Shown: positions 31,503 to 40,077, numbered from the stretch's first letter. The stretch: 64,000 bases of DNA from Abditibacterium sp. (GCA_965246885.1 OZ251992.1:1408001-1472000); one strand, 5' to 3'. A program made the numbers and translations. The notes: a model not told the origin generated them from the sequence alone.

Positions 31503-32375
31503 TTAGTTCCGCAGCCCGTTCGCGTAGGCCGCGCTGCCGTTCATCGAAACGGAGTCGGCGTAGTCGTCGCGCGGGGTGGGGGTGAGGGCGGCTTTTCCTT
31601 GGCCCACGCTGAGTTGGAGTTTGTCGAGGACGCCGCCGACTTTTTCCAGAACTTCGAGGGCGTAGGCGTCGGCGTGATCGCGCATTTGTTCGGCGTCGCG
31701 CGCGGCGCTTTGCAGGTGGGTGTCGGCTTCCTCTTGGGAGCGCAGCGTGATGGAATGTTCGGCGACCATCTCGTCGGCGTGCTGGCGGGCGTCGGCTTCG
31801 ATGTGGGTGGCGCGGTTGGTGGCTTCGTCTATGGTGTCTTTGGCGAGGGCTTCGGCATCGGCGACCATTTTTTGCGCGCGCGCGGTCGAGTCGGCGAGGG
31901 TGCGTTCGGCGCGTCCGTTGGCGTCGGAAACGGTGCGCTCGGCTTTGGCGTTGGCGTCGAGGACGGTGCGGTCGGCGCGGGCGCTCGAATCGGCGATCAT
32001 CTTCTCGGAGCGCGCCTGCGCGTCGCTTTGCAAGTGTTCGGCGTGCGCTTTGGCTTCGGCGACTTGACGCTCGGCGAGCGCCTTGCTTTCGCCGATAGTG
32101 CGGTCGGCACGCGTGCGGGCCTCGTTGACCACGCGCTCGGCTTCGCGTTCGGCGGTGTCGATGAGGCGGTCGGCTTCGGTTTGCGCGCTTTTGACGACGG
32201 CTTCGGCCTTGCGCATCAGGTCTTCGGCTTCCTTCATGGACTTAGGAAGGGCCGAGCGCAGTTGCTGTATCTTGGTGTAGAACTCGTCTTCGTTGATGAC
32301 TTTCTTGCCCAAGAAGCCGCCTTTGGAGTTTTCTACCAGTTGTTCGAGTTCGTCAATAATGCGGAGAACGTTCAT
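31503..32375 (-). CDS. DivIVA/ATP synthase b-like coiled-coil protein of the type usually found after rsmD-coaD
   Basis: IIDELEQLVENSK...INEDEF...LRSALP...EA N-terminus, 11-residue AxRxxxxA repeats, ADAYALEVL C-terminus; ATG 32375. Confidence 0.75.
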   Translation of the reverse strand: MNVLRIIDELEQLVENSKGGFLGKKVINEDEFYTKIQQLRSALPKSMKEAEDLMRKAEAVVKSAQTEADRLIDTAEREAERVVNEARTRADRTIGESKALAERQVAEAKAHAEHLQSDAQARSEKMIADSSARADRTVLDANAKAERTVSDANGRAERTLADSTARAQKMVADAEALAKDTIDEATNRATHIEADARQHADEMVAEHSITLRSQEEADTHLQSAARDAEQMRDHADAYALEVLEKVGGVLDKLQLSVGQGKAALTPTPRDDYADSVSMNGSAAYANGLRN

Positions 32376-32398
32376 AAGAGTGCCTGATTGGAATAAGA

Positions 32399-32998
32399 CT
32401 ACCCGTCGTCGCCCGACGGGGTGGATGAGTGCAAAGCGAAAAACGACAGGCCGGACTCCCCCGCTTTTTTGAAGCGCAAGAGCCGCCAATGGCTCAGTTC
32501 GGGTAGCTCTACCCGAATCGAGTGCTGAATTACGACCATCGGCCCGCGAAATTCGTCTAATTCATTATGGAACAAACCGGGGCAAGCGTCTATTCTCTTG
32601 GCAATTTCGCCAGCCTCAAGGGGATGCGTAAACGGCGGGTCGGCGAACACAATGTCAAAGCGCTCGCCCTTCTCGGCCAGCTTTTCGGGCGCCGGTCGCG
32701 CGTTGGCGGCCCAAACTTGCGTTTGGGCCTTGAGTTTAAGCGCGAGCAGGTTCTCTTTTAAGGGTTTGACCGCCCGAAAATCGTCCTCGACAAACACGCA
32801 AAACTTTGCGCCCCGCGACAGCGCTTCGATGCCGACGGAACCCGACCCGGCGTAAAGGTCAAGAAAGCGCGCGCCCACCACCCGCTCGCCGAGCGAATTA
32901 AACAGCATCTCGCGCGTGCGTCCGTCCGTTGGCCGCGTCGCGGGGCCGGGAGGAGCCAGCAACGTGCGCCCACGCAACGTTCCGCCTTCGATTCTCAT
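32399..32998 (-). CDS. rsmD: 16S rRNA (guanine966-N2)-methyltransferase
   Basis: MRI.GG.LRGR.L, TRPT..R.RE.LFN, LDLYAGSGSVGIEALSRGA, FDIVFADPPF. Confidence 0.93.
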   Translation of the reverse strand: MRIEGGTLRGRTLLAPPGPATRPTDGRTREMLFNSLGERVVGARFLDLYAGSGSVGIEALSRGAKFCVFVEDDFRAVKPLKENLLALKLKAQTQVWAANARPAPEKLAEKGERFDIVFADPPFTHPLEAGEIAKRIDACPGLFHNELDEFRGPMVVIQHSIRVELPELSHWRLLRFKKAGESGLSFFALHSSTPSGDDG

Positions 32999-33031
32999 GC
33001 TTCAAGTATTCAAGAGGCTGGCTCACACCGG

Positions 33032-33101
33032 AGATTGGAAGGGCGAGGTCGCCCCACCGCGACGAGTTGGCTGAAGCGGGGCAACCGCACCCTTCCAATC
33101 T
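33032..33101. repeat. REP-like imperfect palindrome (family D)
   Basis: AGATTGGAAGGG.. ..CCCTTCCAATCT outer arms with inner GGTCGCCCC / GGGGCAACC pairing. Confidence 0.65.
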
Positions 33102-33165
33102 ATAAGCCTTTTCGCTCTGGCGCTGTTAGGTCATCTCCGATGGCGTCCTTTTGCGGTGATCAGCG

Positions 33166-33355
33166 TTAGCGACGATGCGTGCTCGCACATTTGGCCATGA
33201 ATCGCCTTGTAACGGGTTGGCATCCGATAACGCGACCCGGCGGCCCAATTCGTCGGCATCGGTTTGCTCCATCTCATACGCGGCTATCTCTGCCGCGAGT
33301 TCCGCCGCTTGTTCGGGGGGAGGTTGTCTTCCTCCTCATCTAACATCTCGGTCAT
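33166..33355 (-). pseudogene. Possible frameshifted small gene
   Basis: ATG 33355 with TAAACT 7 nt upstream gives MTEMLDEEEDNLP; one extra C in the C6 run would continue PEQAAELAAEIAAYEMEQTDADELGRRVALSDAQP... Confidence 0.3.
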
Positions 33356-33385
33356 AACCGACAGTTTAGAAGGCCGCGCAACACT

Positions 33386-33619
33386 TCAATCCCGCAAAAG
33401 CGACCCCGCCAACGCGCGCCGTTCTTCGCGCGTTAGCGAATGGGCGCGCTGCGAAATGTCACGCTTTTCGCGCTCCTGCCAGCCTTTGAGTTGCGCCCGC
33501 AACTTGTGGAGGCGGGTGTAGAACTCGTCCTCGTTGATGAGTCGCTTGCCCAAAAAGCCTCCTTTGGAATTGTCTACCGATTGTTCCAGTTCGTCTATTG
33601 CTTGAAAAACGTCGTCCAT
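33386..33619 (-). CDS. 77-aa protein paralogous to the N-terminus of the coiled-coil protein at 31503..32375
   Basis: MDDVFQAIDELEQSVDNSKGGFLGKRLINEDEFYTRLHKLRAQL vs MNVLRIIDELEQLVENSKGGFLGKKVINEDEFYTKIQQLRSAL; GGAGG RBS upstream. Confidence 0.75.
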   Translation of the reverse strand: MDDVFQAIDELEQSVDNSKGGFLGKRLINEDEFYTRLHKLRAQLKGWQEREKRDISQRAHSLTREERRALAGSLLRD

Positions 33620-33621
33620 CG

Positions 33622-35790
33622 CTAAACCGCCTCCACCCGCCCGACGGCGTTTTCCGTCAGGGCCGCGAACCACTTCCCGTCGGGCGAGACGAGCGGGAAC
33701 CACCAAGCGGTTGGGCGGTAGTTGGTGGCGCGCAGCGTTTCACTGGCCCGAAGCGCGTCGCGCACAAGGTACAGGCGCTCCAATTCGGCGCGGTTTTCGA
33801 GGTCGTCGCGCAGGGCACGCAACTGCTGGATTTCCGGGCTTGACTGCGCTTCCAACTGCGCCTGCAAACGCCCGTGAGCGCGGCGCTTCAGGTCGCGCGA
33901 AAGGGAGCGCGCGGCGGTGATGGCCTCGTCAAAGGCGCGGTGCTCCGGCAGAAGTCTCTCGATGCGCGCTTGCAAAATCTCGATTTCCGCCACGTCCAGT
34001 TGGTCGAGTTTCGCGTGCGCTTCTCGCTCCATCTTCGAGAGTTTGCGCGGGCGCCCCTCTTCGTCCAAGGGGTTGATACGGGTGGAGGCGGCCTCCTTCA
34101 AATCGAATATCAGCGCGCGAAATGGAGCGATGCGCGCCCGAAAGAAGGCGCCTTTTTCTCGTTCGAGGGCGACGGCGCGGCTGGTTTCCTCTTTGGCGCG
34201 CGCGCGCAACCCCGCCACTTCTCCTGCGATGGCGGCGGCGCGGCTGTGACCAATGCGGAGCGCACCCAACGCCCCGACGTAGGCCTGCTCGCGCTCGCGC
34301 CATTGATTCCCGGAAAGCTCGGCGAGGGTCTTCATTAGCTCGCGCGGCGCGCGGGCCTCACGCAACTGGGCGCGGCTTTGGTCGGACTTTTCCGCGATTT
34401 GGCGCCAACAGCGCGCGAGTTCGCGCGCTGAAATCGTAGTCGTTCCAAACGCGCTCGCCAAGTGTTCCGGCAACGTAAAGCGCGCTTCGACCTCGCTCAG
34501 GGCGTCCCACGCCGACAGCTGGAGGCGCAGCATTGGGTGCAAGGAAAGCTCAACGCCTGCCGCGCGGAGAGATTCGTTCATGGCGTGCGTGCGGCTGGTG
34601 TAAGCGCTGGCTTTCTCGTGAAAAACGAAAATATATTCCGCGCTCAGCATCGAAATCAGCGAGACCGCTTTGCCCACGACCGCCACGCCGTCGCCGTACT
34701 TAGAGCGCAGCAGCGCGGCCAATTGCGCGACGGATTCGATGTGGCAACTCTGGCACAACTGCGTTTCCGGCTCGGTTTCGATGGACACGGTATCGTCAAA
34801 TACCCTCAGAGTCCCGCGTCCGATGCCCGGAATCACGACATCGAAGGGAAGCGCGCCTTCGCCGAATTGATCCAGCGTGTAAATGCCCGATCCCCGCACT
34901 GCGTCGTTGTAACATCGCTTGGCGAGGTCGCGCGTGGCGGGGTTGAGGAACAAGTCCAAAAAGCGAAAGCGCGGCAGGTCGCAGTTGTCGGGCGCAAAGC
35001 GAAACAGGTCGAGCGACGCGGTCGTTTGCAAATTGTCAATCGGCCCGCCATTCAGCATCGCCCACAAGCGCGGAATCAGGTCGCGGTACAGGTCGGACAA
35101 ATTGCCATCAGGGTGCGCCGCCAAGTAGTTGTTCGTCCAACCCCACACCGAGCGCACAGCGGCGCGAGCATAACAGTCTTCGGCCTCGTCCGCTTCAAAG
35201 TCAGGGTCGCAACCGGCGCTTTGCAGAGAACTGCGAAACGCCCAGCGCAATTGCTGGCGGAGCGCGGGGGCGATTGCAGAAAGCTCAACTTCCGCCGCGA
35301 TGATCGGTTTTTCCTCGGTTTGCACGATGGCCCGCCAGAGCGGAGCTTCGGTTTCTTGGTTGCGAAGCGCCTCCAACCCCCCGAAATAAGCGCGCGCGGC
35401 CTTGCCCACAGCCACCCGCTCGCGCGCGAAATCGGCGTGCGAGGGCACGGTTTCGCCGCCAAACAACGCCGAAACTTCGCCCGCCGCGCTCCACAAGCCG
35501 CGCGTGTCGCCGTCATTGTGGCGCAGCACCACAAAGGGCGCGTCCCGAATCGTGAGACCTTCCAACTTGGCGAAATAGTCGGTGTCGTGAACGCCCGCGA
35601 CCACTTGCCCGCCTGCCGGGATGAGTCCGTCGCGTTCGAGGATGTCCAACGCGCGGCACAAGACGGCTTTGACAGGTTCGTCCCAAAACACGGTTTGGCC
35701 GAGGGTCAAAAACGGCGCGTCGGGAAAGCGCGCGCGCAGTTCGCGCACCGCCGCGACGGTTTCGGGATGAAGCGACGAAGAAGAAGTCAT
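33622..35790 (-). CDS. Large hypothetical protein with an enzyme-like N-terminus and coiled-coil C-terminus
   Basis: 722-aa ORF; LGQTVFWDEP, GVHDTDYFAK, HNDGDTRGLWSAAGE, GSGIYTLDQFGEGALPFD, NYRPTAWWFPLV. Confidence 0.75.
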   Translation of the reverse strand: MTSSSSLHPETVAAVRELRARFPDAPFLTLGQTVFWDEPVKAVLCRALDILERDGLIPAGGQVVAGVHDTDYFAKLEGLTIRDAPFVVLRHNDGDTRGLWSAAGEVSALFGGETVPSHADFARERVAVGKAARAYFGGLEALRNQETEAPLWRAIVQTEEKPIIAAEVELSAIAPALRQQLRWAFRSSLQSAGCDPDFEADEAEDCYARAAVRSVWGWTNNYLAAHPDGNLSDLYRDLIPRLWAMLNGGPIDNLQTTASLDLFRFAPDNCDLPRFRFLDLFLNPATRDLAKRCYNDAVRGSGIYTLDQFGEGALPFDVVIPGIGRGTLRVFDDTVSIETEPETQLCQSCHIESVAQLAALLRSKYGDGVAVVGKAVSLISMLSAEYIFVFHEKASAYTSRTHAMNESLRAAGVELSLHPMLRLQLSAWDALSEVEARFTLPEHLASAFGTTTISARELARCWRQIAEKSDQSRAQLREARAPRELMKTLAELSGNQWREREQAYVGALGALRIGHSRAAAIAGEVAGLRARAKEETSRAVALEREKGAFFRARIAPFRALIFDLKEAASTRINPLDEEGRPRKLSKMEREAHAKLDQLDVAEIEILQARIERLLPEHRAFDEAITAARSLSRDLKRRAHGRLQAQLEAQSSPEIQQLRALRDDLENRAELERLYLVRDALRASETLRATNYRPTAWWFPLVSPDGKWFAALTENAVGRVEAV

Positions 35791-36099
35791 AATCGGGAAG
35801 CGCACTCAACCGCGCAAGCCAGACGCCAAAGTTGCCCGCAAGTCTCCCCGTCTCGCGGAGAGCGACAAATTGGGGAAACGCGAAATTCTCCGGGGCGCCG
35901 GGTCGCGCCGCCAGAAGAATTAGTTAAATGGCCGGCCATTTAGCTAATTCTTCCGCTCATTTGTACACGCCATAGGAGAAATCAGGCGCGCGGATAGAAG
36001 AATTGTACGCGCCGCCGAAAGAATTAGGTGGGTCATCGGAAGAGTGGTACAGGCCATCGACTCCCGCAGCTAACTCTTCGGCTTCCGCACATCCGCTTT

Positions 36100-37101
36100 T
36101 CACCCCGCGACGTGCGCCAGCAACCGCCCAACCAACGGCTCGACGATTTCTTTGCCCCGTAGCGCGTCCAGCCAGCGCGTCGGGATGGCTTCGATGCCTT
36201 CGCGCAGTCCAGCGACGCCGCCCGCGATGCAAGCGGTGGTGTCGGTGTCGTGGCCGAGCGCGACGGCGTATTTAACGACCGCTTCGTAACTTCCCTCGCG
36301 CAGCGCGTCGCGGGCCGAGCGCAAACTGTCCACGACATAGCCCGAACCGCGCCCCGGAATGTCGTCGTCGGGGCGGATGTGGAATTCGAGTTCGTTTTGT
36401 GCGTTTTCGTGGGAGAAGCGGTCTTTTTGGGCGGCCAGTTCCGGTGATAAGTCGAGCCTGTAGGCGGCCATGTTTCTCCAGAACGCTAACAAGGCGCGCA
36501 GTTGCGCGGTGGCGCTTTGCCATGCCGCTTCGGAATCCTGACCTTGCCCGATGTAGCGTGCCCACAGGCAGTAGAGGGCGCAGCACAGTTGAGAGCGGAG
36601 GTGTCCGTGCGTGACACGCGACTGAACCATAGCGTCGCTAGCGAGGAAGAAGTCGTCGCCGCGATGCCACAGTGCAAGGGGAAGCACGCGCATTAGGGAG
36701 CCGTTGCCGTTGCTCATGTCGTCGTCCGGCCCCGCGTATAGGGCGGGCGTGCCACTGAGGTAGCGGCGGATGGCGGCGGAAGTGGTGATGCCGATGTCGA
36801 AAACGTGGCCGTCAACGGCGTAGTCGCCCTCGGACTGCCACCCGGCGATTTTGCTCGCCAAGTCGGACGGGATTAGTGCGTTGCAGGTGAGAAGCGAGTC
36901 GAGCAGGGCCAAAGCCTGCGCGCCGTCGTCCGACCACGTGCCATCCGGGACGAGGTGCGCGCGACTCCAGCCAACGGGTGGCGTCATTTCCAACTCGGCG
37001 CGTGGCGGCAAGCGGTCGGGCGCGTTGAACTCGTAGGGAACGCCCAGAGCGTCGCCGACAAGCAGGCCATACACGGCGCCGCGCAGTTGGGATTGGGTCA
37101 T
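36100..37101 (-). CDS. ADP-ribosylglycohydrolase family protein
   Basis: GLLVGDALGVPYEF, GTWSDDGA, FDIGITT, NGNGSLMRVLP, SRVTH, LGHDTDTTACIAGG.AG; start at ATG 37101. Confidence 0.93.
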   Translation of the reverse strand: MTQSQLRGAVYGLLVGDALGVPYEFNAPDRLPPRAELEMTPPVGWSRAHLVPDGTWSDDGAQALALLDSLLTCNALIPSDLASKIAGWQSEGDYAVDGHVFDIGITTSAAIRRYLSGTPALYAGPDDDMSNGNGSLMRVLPLALWHRGDDFFLASDAMVQSRVTHGHLRSQLCCALYCLWARYIGQGQDSEAAWQSATAQLRALLAFWRNMAAYRLDLSPELAAQKDRFSHENAQNELEFHIRPDDDIPGRGSGYVVDSLRSARDALREGSYEAVVKYAVALGHDTDTTACIAGGVAGLREGIEAIPTRWLDALRGKEIVEPLVGRLLAHVAG

Positions 37102-37200
37102 GGTGAGAGTGTCGCCTGCGCGGGGTGTTCGGACAAGAAGGGGCATAAAAAGGGGCGCAAATATGGCGCGCAACTTGGTATCCTCTTTCTGCCGCCCAAT

Positions 37201-37296
37201 TTTCGTCGTCGCTCAAAGGTGCCGCAAGGCAAAGGGAGCGCCGGGGGAAAACCCCAATCGGCGGCGCGTGCCAGCCTCCAACTGGAACGAAAGGAA
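37201..37296 (+). promoter_or_regulatory. Candidate structured 5' leader of the thrC-like operon
   Basis: Stems CGCTC/GAGCG enclosing TGCC-GCAA-GGCA, CGCCG/CGGCG enclosing GGGG..CCCC, CCAG/CTGG; TTTCGT can pair with ACGAAA, which overlaps the AAGGA RBS. Confidence 0.35.
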
Positions 37297-37302
37297 CACG
37301 CT

Positions 37303-38631
37303 TTGACTCAATCTGCACTTCTGGATTTGCCCGCGACCAAATCCAACGGCCTCAACGGGGCCGCCAAACACCCGTCGCGCTTGCTGGGCCTCAAATGTAA
37401 AGAGTGCGGCGCGCAGTCCGAAATCGCGCCCCACCACGTTTGCGAATTGTGCTTTGGCCCGCTCGAAGTCGCCTACGACTACGCCGAAATTGCCCGTCAA
37501 ACTTCGCGCGAAAAGATCGCGCGCGGCCCGTTCTCGATGTGGCGTTACCAAGACTTTTTGCCCGTCGAAGGCACGCCGCAAGTGGATCTGAACGCCGGTT
37601 TCACCCCGCTTCTGCGCTGCGACAACTTGGGCAAGTTGCTCGGCATCCGCAACCTCTACATCAAGAACGATACCGCCAACCCGACGTGGAGTTTCAAAGA
37701 CCGCGTCGTGTCTACGGCGTTGAGCCGCGCCGTTGAGTTCGGGTTTACCACCGCCGCTTGCGCCTCGACGGGGAACCTCGCCAACTCCGTCGCGGCGCAC
37801 GCGGCGCGCGCGGGCATGGACTGCTACGTCTTCATTCCTGCCGACTTGGAAGCCAGCAAAATCTTGAACTCGCTCGTCTACGCTCCCAAGGTCATGGCCG
37901 TTGAGGGCAACTACGACCAAGTCAACCGCTTGTGCGCCGAAGTTGCAGACCGCGTCAACCGCAACGCCGAGGGCATCCACGAAAATCGCTGGGCATTCGT
38001 CAACGTTAACCTGCGCCCTTTCTATTCGGAAGGCTCGAAGACGCTCGCTTATGAAGTCGCGGAACAACTGGGCTGGCAAGCGCCCGACCATGTGGTTATC
38101 CCCATCGCCTCCGGCTCGATGCTGACCAAGATTTACAAGGGCTTTAATGAGTGGATGGACTTAGGGCTAATCGAACGCAAGACGGTGCGCATCTCCGGCG
38201 CGCAGGCCGATGGCTGTAGTCCCGTCGCGCAAGCCTTCCGCGACAAGCAGGACTTCGTCGCCCCCGTGCGCCCGAACACCATCGCCAAGTCCTTGGCCAT
38301 TGGCAACCCCGCCGACGGCATCTACGCCAAGAGCATCGCCGAGCAAACCGGCGGCACCATTGACAGCGTGTCGGACGAGGAAGTCGTCGAGGGCATCAAA
38401 CTCTTGGCCCAGACCGAGGGCATCTTCACCGAAACGGCGGGCGGCGTCACGGTCGCCAACCTGCGCAAGATGGCGCAGTCGGGCCGCATCCGCGCTGACG
38501 AAGTGACCGTCGCTTACATCACCGGCATCGGCCTCAAAACCCAAGAAGCCATCGCCGACCACGTCGGCCAACCAATTCAAATCCGCCCCAACCTCGCTTC
38601 CTTCGAGGAAGCGTTTGGGCGTAAGCTATAA
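37303..38631 (+). CDS. thrC: Threonine synthase-family PLP enzyme (may act as a sulfur-carrier-dependent sulfhydrylase)
   Basis: N-terminal CKEC...CELC, GFTPL, NPTWSFKDR (PLP lysine), CASTGNLA, EGSKT, TIAKSLAIGNPADG, ETAGG, TG.GLK; TTG 37303 with AAGGA RBS. Confidence 0.85.
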   Translation: MTQSALLDLPATKSNGLNGAAKHPSRLLGLKCKECGAQSEIAPHHVCELCFGPLEVAYDYAEIARQTSREKIARGPFSMWRYQDFLPVEGTPQVDLNAGFTPLLRCDNLGKLLGIRNLYIKNDTANPTWSFKDRVVSTALSRAVEFGFTTAACASTGNLANSVAAHAARAGMDCYVFIPADLEASKILNSLVYAPKVMAVEGNYDQVNRLCAEVADRVNRNAEGIHENRWAFVNVNLRPFYSEGSKTLAYEVAEQLGWQAPDHVVIPIASGSMLTKIYKGFNEWMDLGLIERKTVRISGAQADGCSPVAQAFRDKQDFVAPVRPNTIAKSLAIGNPADGIYAKSIAEQTGGTIDSVSDEEVVEGIKLLAQTEGIFTETAGGVTVANLRKMAQSGRIRADEVTVAYITGIGLKTQEAIADHVGQPIQIRPNLASFEEAFGRKL

Positions 38632-38646
38632 CCCACACCAAACATC

Positions 38647-39219
38647 ATGTCTGTCTTAGTTCGCATACCCACACCACTGCAAAAACTCGCGGGCGACAAA
38701 GCCGAGTTGCACGTAGACGCTACTACGCTCCGCCAAGTCGTCGAACAACTCGCCGCCCAAAACGACGAGTTCAAAACCCGATTGCTTGATGACACCGGCA
38801 ATCTGCGCCGCTTCGTCAACGTCTACGTCAACGAAGAAGACGTGCGCTTCCTGCAAAAACTCGACACGCCCCTCAAAGACGGCGACGAGGTTTCCATCGT
38901 CCCCGCCATCGCGGGCGGGAGCGCCGTTGCGACAGGCGCGGAGGTTTTGGTTCGCATTCCCGGCGTGTTGCGCTCCTCGTTCGACGGACAAATCGAGTTC
39001 CGATTGCAAGCCCAAACCCTGCGCGATGTCATCGAGCAACTCGGCGCCCAAAGCCCCAGTTTCTCCGCGCACATTCTCGATGCGAACGGGGAATTGAAAA
39101 AGCGGGATGTCGTCATCTTCGTCAACGAGGAGAACGCCCATTTTCTGCAGAAACTCGACACGCCCCTCAAGGACGGGGACGAGGTTTCGATTGTGCCCGC
39201 CGCTGCGGGAGGAGTTTGA
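38647..39219 (+). CDS. Tandem double MoaD/ThiS (ubiquitin-like sulfur carrier) protein
   Basis: Domain 1 VLVRIPTPL...FVNVYVNEEDVRFLQKLDTPLKDGDEVSIVPAIAGG; linker SAVATGAE; domain 2 VLVRIPGVL...IFVNEENAHFLQKLDTPLKDGDEVSIVPAAAGGV*. Confidence 0.92.
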   Translation: MSVLVRIPTPLQKLAGDKAELHVDATTLRQVVEQLAAQNDEFKTRLLDDTGNLRRFVNVYVNEEDVRFLQKLDTPLKDGDEVSIVPAIAGGSAVATGAEVLVRIPGVLRSSFDGQIEFRLQAQTLRDVIEQLGAQSPSFSAHILDANGELKKRDVVIFVNEENAHFLQKLDTPLKDGDEVSIVPAAAGGV

Positions 39220-39288
39220 ACGTGGAAATCGGAAGCCGGAACGCGGAATGGCCCCGGCGATTCTTTCCGACTTCCGGTTTCCACGTTC
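39218..39288. repeat. Intergenic hairpin built from 7-bp units
   Basis: GAACGTGGAAATCGGAAGCCGGAA / TTCCGACTTCCGGTTTCCACGTTC, 24-bp arms with 2 mismatches. Confidence 0.7.
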
Positions 39289-39294
39289 CGCATT

Positions 39295-39534
39295 ATGAAA
39301 GACCGTTTGCGCCTGACTTTTGAACCGGACAAAGTGGCCGCGCCCATCGTGTGCGAGGTCGCCAAGAAATTCGATGTGACGTTTTCCATCCGCCGCGCCA
39401 ACGTCGAACACACTGCCGGGTGGATGGACTTGGAACTGAGCGGCGACGACGCCGAAATCGAACGCGCCATCGCGTGGATTGAGGCGCAGGGCGTGCGCGT
39501 TTCCCCCGTCGGCGGAGACGTTGTGGCGGGGTAA
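39295..39534 (+). CDS. NIL domain protein
   Basis: RLTF......PIV.EV.KKFDV.FSIRRANV....GWMDLELSG....IERAIAW....GVRV. Confidence 0.85.
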   Translation: MKDRLRLTFEPDKVAAPIVCEVAKKFDVTFSIRRANVEHTAGWMDLELSGDDAEIERAIAWIEAQGVRVSPVGGDVVAG

Positions 39535-39549
39535 GTTCCAGTTAGAAGA

Positions 39550-39579
39550 AAGGCCCGCTTCGTTTGAGGTGGGCCTTTA
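39550..39579. terminator. Probable bidirectional Rho-independent terminator
   Basis: AAAGGCCCGCTT...AGGTGGGCCTTT between convergent genes. Confidence 0.7.
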
Positions 39580-40056
39580 TTCGTTCAGACCGAGCTTGGC
39601 TCCGACTTGAGGATGCTCCGCGAGCCACTGGTTTAAGTAGCGACTTGTCGCTGGGTGGATAAGAATGGGGGTTTCAAACGGGGCGTCTCCATAATAGTCT
39701 ATTGGCTTGTCGGATCTGTATATCCGGATGCCTCCACTTGTAGACCCTCCCCCCCATACGAATACGATATAGGGATATGAGGGCGCCCACGTTCGCTCTT
39801 TCGTGAGCCATAGGTGAGCAGCGATGTCCTTTCGATCTTGCGGCGTAAGTTCATAGGCAACGCCAGCATAGGCGCTGTTATGGGAAATGCCGCTACTTTG
39901 GACGGTGGCTTCCGTTGCATGGAGGAAGTTGCTACGTATCTCTAAATCTTGTGCCGTCGGCGTCGGGTTGTCCCACTTCCACCGCGCCCAACCCAGCGCC
40001 GCGCTTAGCACGACGAGCGGCAGCACGACGAGCGCCAACTTCCCGCGTTTGTTCAT
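39577..40056 (-). CDS. Hypothetical membrane-anchored or exported protein
   Basis: MNKRGKLALVVLPLVVLSAALGW N-terminal TM; more AT-rich body; GATACT 6 nt before the ATG. Confidence 0.6.
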   Translation of the reverse strand: MNKRGKLALVVLPLVVLSAALGWARWKWDNPTPTAQDLEIRSNFLHATEATVQSSGISHNSAYAGVAYELTPQDRKDIAAHLWLTKERTWAPSYPYIVFVWGGGSTSGGIRIYRSDKPIDYYGDAPFETPILIHPATSRYLNQWLAEHPQVGAKLGLNE

Positions 40057-40077
40057 GGGCGCAGTATCCTCCTTCGC

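Noticed and set aside
35895..36080. Degenerate periodic region as a CRISPR remnant or small gene
   Set aside because: There is no constant repeat with 30-40 nt spacers and no convincing coding frame; kept only as a minisatellite-like finding.
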